From assembly GCF_000619845.1 (NCBI RefSeq), contig NZ_JHUX01000009.1:75019-107018 (forward strand): 32,000 nt of DNA. Reading direction: 5' to 3'. Below, piece after piece: positions 17,795-26,284 of the stretch. Origin of the DNA: Alkanindiges illinoisensis DSM 15370 (lineage in GTDB: Bacteria > Pseudomonadota > Gammaproteobacteria > Pseudomonadales > Moraxellaceae). Each line of letters opens with the position of its first letter. Positions within the stretch are counted from its first letter, which is position 1. The notes under the pieces are model-generated. The model was given only the letters and a program-made list of their open reading frames with translations. It made no database searches and was not told where the DNA came from. The translations under genes were made by a program, and so were the position numbers.

Positions 17795-18475
17795 CATTGC
17801 CAGCCAGGGCTGGCTGCCAATCAGGCTGCGTGTGGTCTGGCACTCACCATTTTTGGGGTAGGCCTGTCGGCGTTCATCGGGCAAAGCTTTGTCAGTACCA
17901 GTTTGCCCGGTTTACAGCCGTTAAGCATTCCCGGCCTGTCTACAATTCCCTTTATTGGCCCGGTTCTATTTCACCAAAACTATGTGGTGTACCTGTCGAT
18001 GATTGTGCTGTTGCTGGTCTGGTGGGTATTGGCAAAAACCCGTTTGGGGCTACTGCTCAAGGCAGTGGGCGAGTCGCCAGAGTCAGCACATGCCATGGGC
18101 TACCGTGTACTAGCCATCCGCTATGGTGCGGTACTTTTTGGGGGGGCGATGGCCGGAATTGGCGGGGCATTTTTATCTACGGTCTATACGCCGCTCTGGG
18201 TAGAAAACATGGTGGCAGGTCGTGGCTGGATTGCCATTGCACTGGTGGTATTTGCAACATGGAAGCCGCTGCGCCTGATGCTCGGGGCTTATTTGTTTGG
18301 TGGAGTGACCATCCTGCAATTTCATGCGCAGGCATTGGGGGTTGAGGTGCCTGTCGAGTTACTGGCGGCACTGCCGTATCTGGCAACCATTATAGTGCTG
18401 GTGATGATTTCCCGTGACCATAAATTATTGCGGATGAATCTCCCGGCATCACTCGGCAAATCATTTTTGCCTTAA
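17795..18475 (+). pseudogene. Truncated ABC transporter permease (C-terminal part only)
   Basis: The frame is open from 17792. The translation ...NQAACGLALTIFGVGLSAFIG...LLKAVGESPESAHAMGY...GRGWIAIALVVFA... is typical of the C-terminal half of BMP/ribose-type permeases. There is no N-terminal half and no start context. It abuts the 5' end of the inverted ATPase fragment. Confidence 0.75.
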
Positions 18476-18791
18476 ACTGGCAAAAATCATTAGTTAAACC
18501 GCAAGCGTGCACACTACCTTATGGCATTGCAGCAAAATATTGGGTTGACTCGGCAGAGTTCATTTTGCCAAATTGATGAGTGAGCTGAATCCGTTGCATA
18601 GGCCAGAGGCATTTGAGCGTATCATCAGGTAGGGCAGCCCATTCAAACCAATAACGGCAAGTCAATACAAACTTGCCGCTTTGGTCAGTAAAAACCAGTA
18701 GTTTTCATTGAGGCGCTGTTTTCATTAAGACGTAGTTTGCCGCTGCGCTTGTATACACAGGATTAAAACTTCGGTGGAATTACTCCGGTGA

Positions 18792-18859
18792 CATGGGTTT
18801 AAACTGAGCATGGGTTTAAACTTAGCAACGATTTAAACTTAGTAACGATTTAAATTTAG
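18792..18859. repeat. 17-bp tandem repeat x4 (CATGGGTTTAAACTGAG, CATGGGTTTAAACTTAG, CAACGATTTAAACTTAG, TAACGATTTAAATTTAG)
   Basis: Read directly from the sequence. It is non-coding and lies 47 bp beyond the last gene of the cluster. Confidence 0.85.
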
Positions 18860-18905
18860 CAGCATATCAGCACAAATCTTAATGTTCCCAAGGATAGCAG
18901 ACGAG

Positions 18906-19352
18906 CTAGATGTTGCTTTTATTGTCTTTGCGGCCAACCGTAAACAGAAAACGGCCGATGCAAACCAGCTTGTCATCAAGCAGTAACTGAACGGATACTG
19001 TGGTAATGCGCCGGCCAGCACGAACAATGCTGGGTATGGCCTGCAAAGTTCCCTTAAACGCTGGCCGCAGGTAATCAAAGGTCATTGTCGAGCATAAGGG
19101 AAGCGTAGCATCGCCGCGCTGACGGGCCAGATAGGCTGCTGCAGCCACTTCACCAAAGCTTGCAAGAATGCCACCATGAAAGGTTCCAATCATGGGATTG
19201 CCGATATGCGAATCACGGAAATCCATAAAGTAGCGTGTTTCTCCATTTTGCAGTTCTTCGCGAAAACCCAGAAACTCGACAAACGGCTCGTCATACAGGC
19301 TCAGGGCCGCGGTGCCGGGTGTATCGGCGCTGTTGTGCTTTACAATACTCAT
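18906..19352 (-). CDS. PaaI/hotdog-fold thioesterase (second of a tandem pair)
   Basis: I place the start at the ATG at 19352 (MSIVKHNSADTPG...). The central GTFHGGILASFGEVAAAAY matches the PaaI/4HBT-type HGG motif. The 19475 start in the track over-extends into the upstream gene. Confidence 0.75.
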   Translation of the reverse strand: MSIVKHNSADTPGTAALSLYDEPFVEFLGFREELQNGETRYFMDFRDSHIGNPMIGTFHGGILASFGEVAAAAYLARQRGDATLPLCSTMTFDYLRPAFKGTLQAIPSIVRAGRRITTVSVQLLLDDKLVCIGRFLFTVGRKDNKSNI

Positions 19353-19353
19353 A

Positions 19354-19815
19354 TCAGTGGTCTCGCACTTCATTGTCAAAGGCAGGCCCCATTGTGCCAA
19401 TAGCAAAAGAGCCAGCCGCTGTTGCCAGCAGTTCGCCACTTTCTTCTGCAAACGCACGGCCGGTAATAAAGGCAACTGTATCTGTCCTGCCGATGCAATC
19501 CACTACAGCCTTTAAACCCATTGCCGCGGGAATGCTACGTAGAAAATCGACACGCAAATCAATGGTGGCAATTGGTTCCAAAGAGCGCAATGATGAAAAA
19601 ATAGACAAGCCGCACGTGGTATCAAGCAGTGTTACCAGGGCTCCCCGGTGCAGCGCACCCTTACGGTCCGCCAGTTGTTCAGAGAAGGGCATGCTCATTT
19701 CGGCATGACCATTGCTCACGGCGCCGACATTAATATTGAACATATTGAACAACGCATGATTCGTCCCAAAAAACGCTTTAGCCATCGTAAGATGTGTCGC
19801 GTTATTACCGTCCAT
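19354..19815 (-). CDS. PaaI/hotdog-fold thioesterase (first of a tandem pair)
   Basis: GALHRGALVTLLDTTCG motif, about 150 aa. The stop is 1 nt from the next ATG (TGAtATG). GGGAG RBS. Confidence 0.75.
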   Translation of the reverse strand: MDGNNATHLTMAKAFFGTNHALFNMFNINVGAVSNGHAEMSMPFSEQLADRKGALHRGALVTLLDTTCGLSIFSSLRSLEPIATIDLRVDFLRSIPAAMGLKAVVDCIGRTDTVAFITGRAFAEESGELLATAAGSFAIGTMGPAFDNEVRDH

Positions 19816-19870
19816 TGTTGACTCCCGCCATTTCTGACTAATTGAATTACAAAAAAATTAACGGCACGTT

Positions 19871-20839
19871 TCAGAGTGCAAGGGCGGCATCTACATAATT
19901 GCGCTCTGTCTGCATGACCGCAAAAATTGCCGCTTCAATGGCAGCATGCGGAAAGTCCGGGCTTTCAGAAGCCGATTTCAGGCACATGGCTAAAGCAGTC
20001 CATGTTTTTTCACAAGCCCGCATTAACAACGGCAACTGCTGCTGCTGTACACCGGCGTTATAGTGAATCGCCTCATCAAGGAACTCGGCATACATTTTCC
20101 GGAACCCGCCGCCACCTGTTCCACGCTTCTCGATGACCTGATAGGCAAAGCGGGTGGTCCAGTGCCAGTCACCTGTGCTGCCCCAGCGCCCAAGGTCATC
20201 TAGCCAGGTTTGCAGGGCCGATAGACCCCCTGTGGCTAATGAGCTGGCATTGTCACGGATGACCTGGGTGATTATCTCGGGCGTAATGTGCCCTTGAAAT
20301 GCGTTCGGGGTGAACATGTTGCCATGATGAATAAACGGCGGCTGCGTAGAAAATCGCGCGCGCGTGAGAGCCTGTTCGCTCACGGACAGCACATCAGGGC
20401 GCTCAGTGTCAGTAACCAGAATCTCGCCCGTCTCTGGGTTTTTCGACCAGGCCGCAATGGCGTGACCGGGAAAGTGAGTGGTGCTGTTAAAGTAAGGCAG
20501 GTAAAAAATATCTGTCAGCAGCAGGGTGGGGCGTCCCGCATCCAGGCAGTTGCCAAGCGCTACGGCTGCCAACTCGGGGGAATCGAAAGTTTGCCATTCA
20601 AAAGGTATGCCCAGGCTTTGAAATACGCGTGCTTCAAATCCCAGGGAACGCACATGCACTAAAAATGGCACAGGGGCATCCGCCGCTAGCTCCAGGTAAG
20701 TCACCCCAAGCCCTGAACCTAATCCAAGGCACATGGCCTCAGAAATAGTCAGCCCATTAAATTCAAGCAGGTCACGAATTGCAGAGCTGCCACAATGTCT
20801 CCCGATGGCATGGGTAATTTGAACATCCCGTTTCTTCAC
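19871..20839 (-). CDS. BtrH-like protein (BtrH N-terminal Cys-peptidase-fold domain plus DUF4872-type C-terminus)
   Basis: The N-terminal HAIGRHCGSSAIRDLLEFNG pattern (candidate nucleophile Cys) and overall length match the butirosin BtrH-like family, as far as I recall it. A GTG start overlaps the TetR stop (GTGA). Confidence 0.6.
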   Translation of the reverse strand: MKKRDVQITHAIGRHCGSSAIRDLLEFNGLTISEAMCLGLGSGLGVTYLELAADAPVPFLVHVRSLGFEARVFQSLGIPFEWQTFDSPELAAVALGNCLDAGRPTLLLTDIFYLPYFNSTTHFPGHAIAAWSKNPETGEILVTDTERPDVLSVSEQALTRARFSTQPPFIHHGNMFTPNAFQGHITPEIITQVIRDNASSLATGGLSALQTWLDDLGRWGSTGDWHWTTRFAYQVIEKRGTGGGGFRKMYAEFLDEAIHYNAGVQQQQLPLLMRACEKTWTALAMCLKSASESPDFPHAAIEAAIFAVMQTERNYVDAALAL

Positions 20840-21474
20840 AGGTTTTTTGCCTCGTCGTGAAAATCCATATTAAGTATGCCTCTTGTCATCATTTGCCATA
20901 TGGCATCAGCGATTTGTTCAAGATTGTACTTTCCATTGTCCTTATACCAGGTGGCCGCCCAATTGATGGCGCCTAGGCCAATAAGCCTTAACAGATCCAC
21001 ATCCACATCCTTACGGATAAAACCCTGAGTCTTCAGCTCATTTAGGATGGCGTGCCAATATTGTTCGTATCGGTCTCGTTCGGCGATCATCTGCTCACGT
21101 GCGGCACCATGGAGCGAGCGCCACTCAAACAAAAGCACATATACCATATCATCACCAGACATGAGTACATTAAGATGGGCGTGCAGTGCCGATTTCATTT
21201 TTTTTAGAGGATCCTGGATCATTGAGGTTGCTTCAATGATCCCGTGGATAGTTCTTTCAATGGCCAGCTGCATCATATCAACCAGAATATCATCCTTACT
21301 GCGATAGCGATAATGAAGGCTGCCGGGAAGAATGCCGCAAGCCCTTGCAATTTCTCGGACGCTTGCACGCTCAAAACCCTTTTCCCGGAACAGCCTGGCA
21401 GAGGCAGCGAGCACTCTTTCGCGGTCTGTAACCTCGACTCGAGCAGATTCTCGACTTAACACGGCTTCACTCAT
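20836..21474 (-). CDS. TetR/AcrR-family transcriptional regulator
   Basis: N-terminal HTH ILAASARLFREKGFERASVREIARACGILPGSLHYRY, about 210 aa. Confidence 0.9.
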   Translation of the reverse strand: MSEAVLSRESARVEVTDRERVLAASARLFREKGFERASVREIARACGILPGSLHYRYRSKDDILVDMMQLAIERTIHGIIEATSMIQDPLKKMKSALHAHLNVLMSGDDMVYVLLFEWRSLHGAAREQMIAERDRYEQYWHAILNELKTQGFIRKDVDVDLLRLIGLGAINWAATWYKDNGKYNLEQIADAIWQMMTRGILNMDFHDEAKNL

Positions 21475-21541
21475 ACTATGGTATCAGACCAATATAATAC
21501 TCGATTTAGTCGTGTAAAATCTTCCAGCACTTCTGCTTATT

Positions 21542-22411
21542 TTATGCTGCCGCCGCAATTGGAATGTTAAAAACAATTCGCGAAGCTTCCATGGGGTCCT
21601 GATGCTTGTCATATTCTGCCAGCCAGGCACTGACTTTTTCCGGGATACCTGTATCAGCAGGGTGGAAGCCCGGTTTAAACCAGTCCAGATAGCGTGGAAT
21701 AAGTCTGGTAATCAGGCCACGTGGCCCATACAGCCGATAAAACCCTTTGGCAAGCACTAAGGGCTGACCTTGCATTTTATCAACCTTTAGCATATGCCAA
21801 AGCACCGAGCCCACAACGGCATGCACTAGCACAGTGCCTACAATCAGGGCGGACGTGCGTATGAAATAGCCACCACCTGCTGCTTTTTCATACACATCAA
21901 AGGCCACCGCCTTGTGTTCGACTTCTTCTACACCGTGCCACATGTACATGGCGCGCATGGCGGGATGGGCGTTCTTGAACATCTCACCTTCATCGTCCAT
22001 AAAGCCTTCGCCCAGTGTGGCGGTAATGTGTTCAAAGGCAGCTGTCATGGCCAGCTGATACTTGGCAGGCAGGTGTTTCTGGAATACCTGAATAAAAAGC
22101 TTTAATCGGGATATGACTTTTTCGACATGAATGCCCTGCGCCTGCATCACAGCATTATACTGGTCATGCACGATACCGTGTTGGGCTTCCTGACGGAAAA
22201 AGTTTTTGATATCTGCTCTGAGCGTGGGATCGGTGACCTGATTTTCATAGTTGCGTACCGACTGAATAAAAAACCGCTCGCCATCGGGGAAGTGAATAGA
22301 AAGCGCGTCAAAGAAACGCGTCAAAACAGGATCGCCATCGTTCCAGAAAACGGGAACGTCACTTAAGGCAAACCGCGGCTTGCGCGGCTGAATAGTCATT
22401 AGATGCGTCAT
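21542..22411 (-). CDS. 'Predicted metal-dependent hydrolase'-family protein, paralog 1 (paired ExxH motifs)
   Basis: 289 aa with motifs HFPDGERFF, FRQEAQHG, AAFEHIT, GVEEVEHK and a hydrophobic C-terminal stretch. Highly similar to the 25311-26135 product. AGGAG RBS. Confidence 0.7.
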   Translation of the reverse strand: MTHLMTIQPRKPRFALSDVPVFWNDGDPVLTRFFDALSIHFPDGERFFIQSVRNYENQVTDPTLRADIKNFFRQEAQHGIVHDQYNAVMQAQGIHVEKVISRLKLFIQVFQKHLPAKYQLAMTAAFEHITATLGEGFMDDEGEMFKNAHPAMRAMYMWHGVEEVEHKAVAFDVYEKAAGGGYFIRTSALIVGTVLVHAVVGSVLWHMLKVDKMQGQPLVLAKGFYRLYGPRGLITRLIPRYLDWFKPGFHPADTGIPEKVSAWLAEYDKHQDPMEASRIVFNIPIAAAA

Positions 22412-22542
22412 GGTAAAGGTCTCCTTTAAAGCGATTAAACGGACGTAGACCTGCTATCAGCTTTGCCCTCAGGGGCGAGACAGGTCATGAGTTACCGTCT
22501 GAACCAAAGTCAGACTGACTGCTCGGTCAAGTTCAAATTAGC

Positions 22543-22571
22543 ACTATATTGGTCAATTGACCAAATGTCAA
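22543..22571 (-). promoter_or_regulatory. Consensus-like sigma70 promoter with an operator palindrome as spacer (promoter A)
   Basis: The minus strand reads TTGACA-TTTGGTCAATTGACCAA-TATAGT, i.e. -35, a 17-bp spacer and -10. The spacer contains the perfect 16-bp palindrome TTGGTCAATTGACCAA (22549-22564). Confidence 0.8.
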
Positions 22572-22649
22572 ACCCGCCTTCGTCAGCACTGCGTTATAAA
22601 TCTGTACAGGAACTCTGGCTGATGCAGAGTGCAGGCGATATGAGTTGTG

Positions 22650-23861
22650 TTAACGGCCGGTCAGTGCACCCAGAAGATTTTTTGCTTCGGAATGGCTCAT
22701 GTATTTCGGCACGGCATAGGTGCCATGCGCCTCGGCAAATGCAGCATTTGCCATGGCTTCAAAGTCGCTGCTGTTCATGCCGGGAATACGCGTATCAATG
22801 TTTAACTCAACAAGCAGTGCCTTGACATGGGCGATAAGGGCGTCAGTTGCTTTTGCATCACTAACGCTGGCCTCAGCGAGGCCAGTCTGCCGGGCCAAAG
22901 CTGCCAGGCGCTGGCGTGATGCCTTGCGGTTAAACTCAAGGATATGCGGCATCACAATTGCATTTGCGCGGCCATGGGGGATGCCATAGTAGGCGCCGAG
23001 CTGGTGTGCAATGGCATGAATATAGCCAAGACCTGCCTGATTTAGCGCCAGACCTGCATAATGGGAGGCCAGGGCCATGGCTTCGCGTGCATTCAGGTTG
23101 TTGCCATCACGCCAGGCCAGTGGCAGGTTTTCAAAAATCAGGCGAATTGCTGCACCCGCGTAATAGTCACTTTCTGGCGAAGCAAATTCACTGACCCAGG
23201 CCTCCAGTGCATGGGTTAAGGCATCAAGGCCGGTATCGGCCGTCACGGAACGTGGCATGCCCTGCATGATTTTTGGATCCAGCGCAGCAGCAAGCGGCAC
23301 CAGCTTCGGGTCAATGACCAATCCTTTCTGGTGGGACTGGTTGTCAGAAAGTACTGCGCCGATACTGACTTCCGATCCCGTTCCTGCGGTGGTGGGTATG
23401 ACAAACAAGGGTAGTGAGCGCTTGCTGCCCTTGAATATGCCAATCAGTTCTTGTGGGGTTTTTTTGTTGGTGGCTGCCAGGGCAATGACCTTGGCTGCAT
23501 CAATCGATGAGCCGCCACCGACGGCCAGCACACTGTCGCAATGAGACGACTGTAGTACTGACAGCCCGTCTTCAACCACACGAATGGTAGGGTCAGGGCT
23601 AACCCCGGAAAACACCGAGGTCTGGATACCATGCTGTTTGAGCGCCTTCTCCAGCGGCTGGATCAAACCCAAGTCATACAGGATTTGATCAGTAACAATC
23701 AGCACATGACTGACCCCGAGATGGGAGATGGTTGAGCACAGCCTGAGTGCCGAATCGGGGCCGACCAGGACAAGAGGACGCGGGACAGGCACAATGCGGA
23801 TAACCAGTTTAAGCGCAGCCAGCTGTGCTTTTGCCTTTAGGATAGTGGTCAGGATTGCCAT
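22650..23861 (-). CDS. Iron-containing (group III) alcohol dehydrogenase
   Basis: GGGSSIDAAK, TTAGTGSE and the His-rich metal site (HAIAHQLGAYYGIPHGRANA) are typical of the Fe-ADH family. Confidence 0.9.
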   Translation of the reverse strand: MAILTTILKAKAQLAALKLVIRIVPVPRPLVLVGPDSALRLCSTISHLGVSHVLIVTDQILYDLGLIQPLEKALKQHGIQTSVFSGVSPDPTIRVVEDGLSVLQSSHCDSVLAVGGGSSIDAAKVIALAATNKKTPQELIGIFKGSKRSLPLFVIPTTAGTGSEVSIGAVLSDNQSHQKGLVIDPKLVPLAAALDPKIMQGMPRSVTADTGLDALTHALEAWVSEFASPESDYYAGAAIRLIFENLPLAWRDGNNLNAREAMALASHYAGLALNQAGLGYIHAIAHQLGAYYGIPHGRANAIVMPHILEFNRKASRQRLAALARQTGLAEASVSDAKATDALIAHVKALLVELNIDTRIPGMNSSDFEAMANAAFAEAHGTYAVPKYMSHSEAKNLLGALTGR

Positions 23862-23966
23862 GAAATTTTCCAGTCAGTGGTTTACGTGTATTTAAGTGTT
23901 TGGATGAAAATGCCCCGAGTTGCTAATCAGCTCAAATCAGGGCTGTTGCTTTAGCAGAAGCACAAA

Positions 23967-25163
23967 CTACGCTGCTTCGTGATCCAGTTCTTGCACCATT
24001 TGCTCGCCACTCACTTCCGGCGCGGCCTGACCGGAAAAGTAAATGCCCAGGCCTGCTTTTTCATAGTGCGGGCGAATGCGGTCAGACAGCAGGCCAATTT
24101 CCCGGATATTTGGCACCAGCCGGGTAAACATGGTTTTGCGGAAACGCTGCATGCCTGGTGAGTTCATGATCAGTTGGCGCCATTGATCCCTGCTCACGCT
24201 GGTTCCGTCAAACCATTCTTCATAGACTTCATAAGCCATAAACCGGTTACGCATCAGAAGTGCCACTTCATAGGCCCAGTCTTCGCGCTCATTCCGTTCT
24301 GATTTGGAGATGCCGTAATTGATGTGTTCTTTGAGTGCCAGCACCCCGTAATGAACGTGCCGCGCTTCATCCTGAATCACGTATTTTAGCAATTCCTTGA
24401 GCAACGGTTCTTTGGTGCTTTGATACAAAAAGCCAAAGGCGCCCAGTGCCAATCCCTCAACCATGATCTGCATGCCAAGAAATTTCAGGTCCCAGCGCGA
24501 ATCTGTCATCAAGGCATCGATAATGACAAACAGGTTGTCGTTGATGTGATACATTTTGCCCAGTTTTTCAGTTAGATAGCGATGGAAAACCTCGACATGA
24601 CGGCCTTCATCCATAACCTGAGTGGAACCATAGAGCTTTCCATCAAAAAAGCTTACAGATTCGGTCACCTGTGCGGCAGCCAGCAAGGCGCCCTGCTCAC
24701 CATGCAGAAACTGGGACAGCATCCAGCTGGACATGGAGTGCACCATGCGTGGCTGGTCCTTGCTGTCCAGCCTGATGCCCAGTGCTGTGGCAGCATTCAG
24801 GTCAATAAGGTCCAGGGGAGCGATGGGCAGGTCGGGATTTAATGGATCCACCGGGGTATGCCAGGGTAAATCAGAACCATTCCACTGGCCGCGTTTGGCG
24901 CGCTCATAAAGCGCATGCATTTCAGGATGGTCATGCGGGTAGGCCCAGTTGAAATGTGCGGCATGGGCTGCCGGCATGTCGGTGGTATCACTACGCTTGC
25001 CCACACTAAAAAGCAGCCCACGCACGGCAGAGGGCGCTATGGCGCGCATGACACTAGGGCTTTTCATCGATGCAAAAATGTCGGCGGCTTCCATAAGGCC
25101 ATCGACACGGTTTTTGAGGTGGCCAGGTAAAATGTTTCGAATGCTATCAAGGGGAGTGTTCAT
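23967..25163 (-). CDS. Ferritin-like di-iron carboxylate oxygenase (AurF-like family), substrate unknown
   Basis: Two E...(D/E)ExRH motifs are present: HGEQGA...MDEGRHVE and MVEGLA...QDEARHVHYG. There is an N-terminal extension of about 130 aa. Confidence 0.7.
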   Translation of the reverse strand: MNTPLDSIRNILPGHLKNRVDGLMEAADIFASMKSPSVMRAIAPSAVRGLLFSVGKRSDTTDMPAAHAAHFNWAYPHDHPEMHALYERAKRGQWNGSDLPWHTPVDPLNPDLPIAPLDLIDLNAATALGIRLDSKDQPRMVHSMSSWMLSQFLHGEQGALLAAAQVTESVSFFDGKLYGSTQVMDEGRHVEVFHRYLTEKLGKMYHINDNLFVIIDALMTDSRWDLKFLGMQIMVEGLALGAFGFLYQSTKEPLLKELLKYVIQDEARHVHYGVLALKEHINYGISKSERNEREDWAYEVALLMRNRFMAYEVYEEWFDGTSVSRDQWRQLIMNSPGMQRFRKTMFTRLVPNIREIGLLSDRIRPHYEKAGLGIYFSGQAAPEVSGEQMVQELDHEAA

Positions 25164-25336
25164 GAGATGTCTCCGGTGGGGGTGATAGGGCTTGGGGGGT
25201 CAACTTCAAACGTAACGGCAGTCAAGGGCCGGCTGATGCACGCCAATGCGTAATGGGCCTTGCGTTCCTCCGGCATCAGACAATTCGGTTCATCCATGTC
25301 AACTTCGCCGTTAAGAATTTTCACGCGACAGCGCCC
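25160..25336 (-). pseudogene. Remnant of a plant-type [2Fe-2S] ferredoxin domain (last ~58 codons only)
   Basis: The minus-strand frame gives GRCRVKILNGEVDMDEPNCLMPEERKAHYALACISRPLTAVTFEVDPP...*. The last Cys of the C-x4-C-x2-C cluster is present and the fourth ligand Cys lies 30 residues later, but the first two Cys are missing. The stop overlaps the oxygenase start (ATGA). Confidence 0.7.
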
Positions 25337-26135
25337 ATTCAGCCAGCCAAGAATTAACCTTTTCTGGGATTTCGGTGTCGCTAGGATGGAAACCTGGCTT
25401 AAACCAGTCCAGATAGCGTGGAATAAGTCTGGTAATCAGGCCACGTGGTCCATAGAGGCGATAAAATCCCTTAGCAAGCACCAATGGCTGACCTTGTAGT
25501 TTGTCAATTTTCAACATATGCCAAAGAACTGAGCCAACCACCGCATGTACCAGTAGCGTTCCGATAATCAAAGCAGATGCGCGGGTGAAATACCCCCCAC
25601 CTGCCGCTGTTTCGTAAACATCAAAGGCTACTGTTTTGTGTTCGACTTCTTCTACCCCATGCCACATGAACATGGCACGCATTGCGGGATGAGCATTCTT
25701 GAACATCTCACCCTCACCCTCCATAGCACCCTCGCCTAGTACAGCAGTAATATGTTCAAAGGCAGCTGTCATGGCCAACAGATACTTGGCGGGCAGGTGT
25801 TTTTGGGAGAGCCGAATAAATAATTTGAATCTTGCGATGACCTTTTCGACATGAATGCCTTGCGACTGCATCACCGCATTATACTGGTCATGCACAATGC
25901 CATGTTGCGCTTCTTGGCGAAAAAAGTTTTTGATATCTTCTCTCAGTTTAGGATCTGTGACCAGATCCTGATAGTTACGCACCGACTGAATAAAAAAACG
26001 CTCTCCATCGGGGAAGTGAATAGAAAGTGCATCAAAGAAGCGTGTTAACACCGGGTCACCGTCGTTCCAAAAAACTGGAACATCACTTAAATCAAACCGC
26101 GGCTTACGTGGCTGGATATTGATCATATGAGTCAT
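25311..26135 (-). CDS. 'Predicted metal-dependent hydrolase'-family protein, paralog 2 (C-terminus replaced at a deletion junction)
   Basis: Start at MTHMINIQPRKPRF (ATG at 26135); the 26201 start in the track is an over-extension. By eye it is collinear and roughly nine-tenths identical to paralog 1 as far as ...WLAE. It then diverges (WALSRENS*) at about nt 25337. Confidence 0.7.
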   Translation of the reverse strand: MTHMINIQPRKPRFDLSDVPVFWNDGDPVLTRFFDALSIHFPDGERFFIQSVRNYQDLVTDPKLREDIKNFFRQEAQHGIVHDQYNAVMQSQGIHVEKVIARFKLFIRLSQKHLPAKYLLAMTAAFEHITAVLGEGAMEGEGEMFKNAHPAMRAMFMWHGVEEVEHKTVAFDVYETAAGGGYFTRASALIIGTLLVHAVVGSVLWHMLKIDKLQGQPLVLAKGFYRLYGPRGLITRLIPRYLDWFKPGFHPSDTEIPEKVNSWLAEWALSRENS

Positions 26136-26254
26136 GGCGAGAGTTTCCTTGTAAAGGCATCGAATGTCTGTAAACCTGCTATCACATTTGACCTTGAGCA
26201 ATATTTTTCACCTTGGTCAGGCACAGCAAATATCACACAAGAATTCAACGGGTA

Positions 26255-26270
26255 TTGGTCAAATGACCAA
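26255..26270. promoter_or_regulatory. Additional operator copy TTGGTCAAATGACCAA (operator B)
   Basis: Same 7-bp arms (TTGGTCA/TGACCAA) as the promoter palindromes. It lies just downstream of the predicted start site of promoter C. Confidence 0.65.
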
Positions 26271-26284
26271 ATGCATATTTTGAA

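Noticed and set aside
18519-18710. Open minus-strand frame without a start codon (…LLVFTDQSGKFVLTCRYWFEWAALPDDTLKCLWPMQRIQLTHQFGKMNSAESTQYFAAMP*)
   Set aside because: It looks protein-like and may be a C-terminal gene remnant. It has no start codon and no family I recognise, and I cannot run a homology search.
21478-21493. Weak operator-like sequence ATGGTATCAGACCAAT immediately upstream of the TetR start
   Set aside because: Only one arm (GACCAA) matches and the arm spacing is one base short. It could be a degenerate site, but chance is equally likely.
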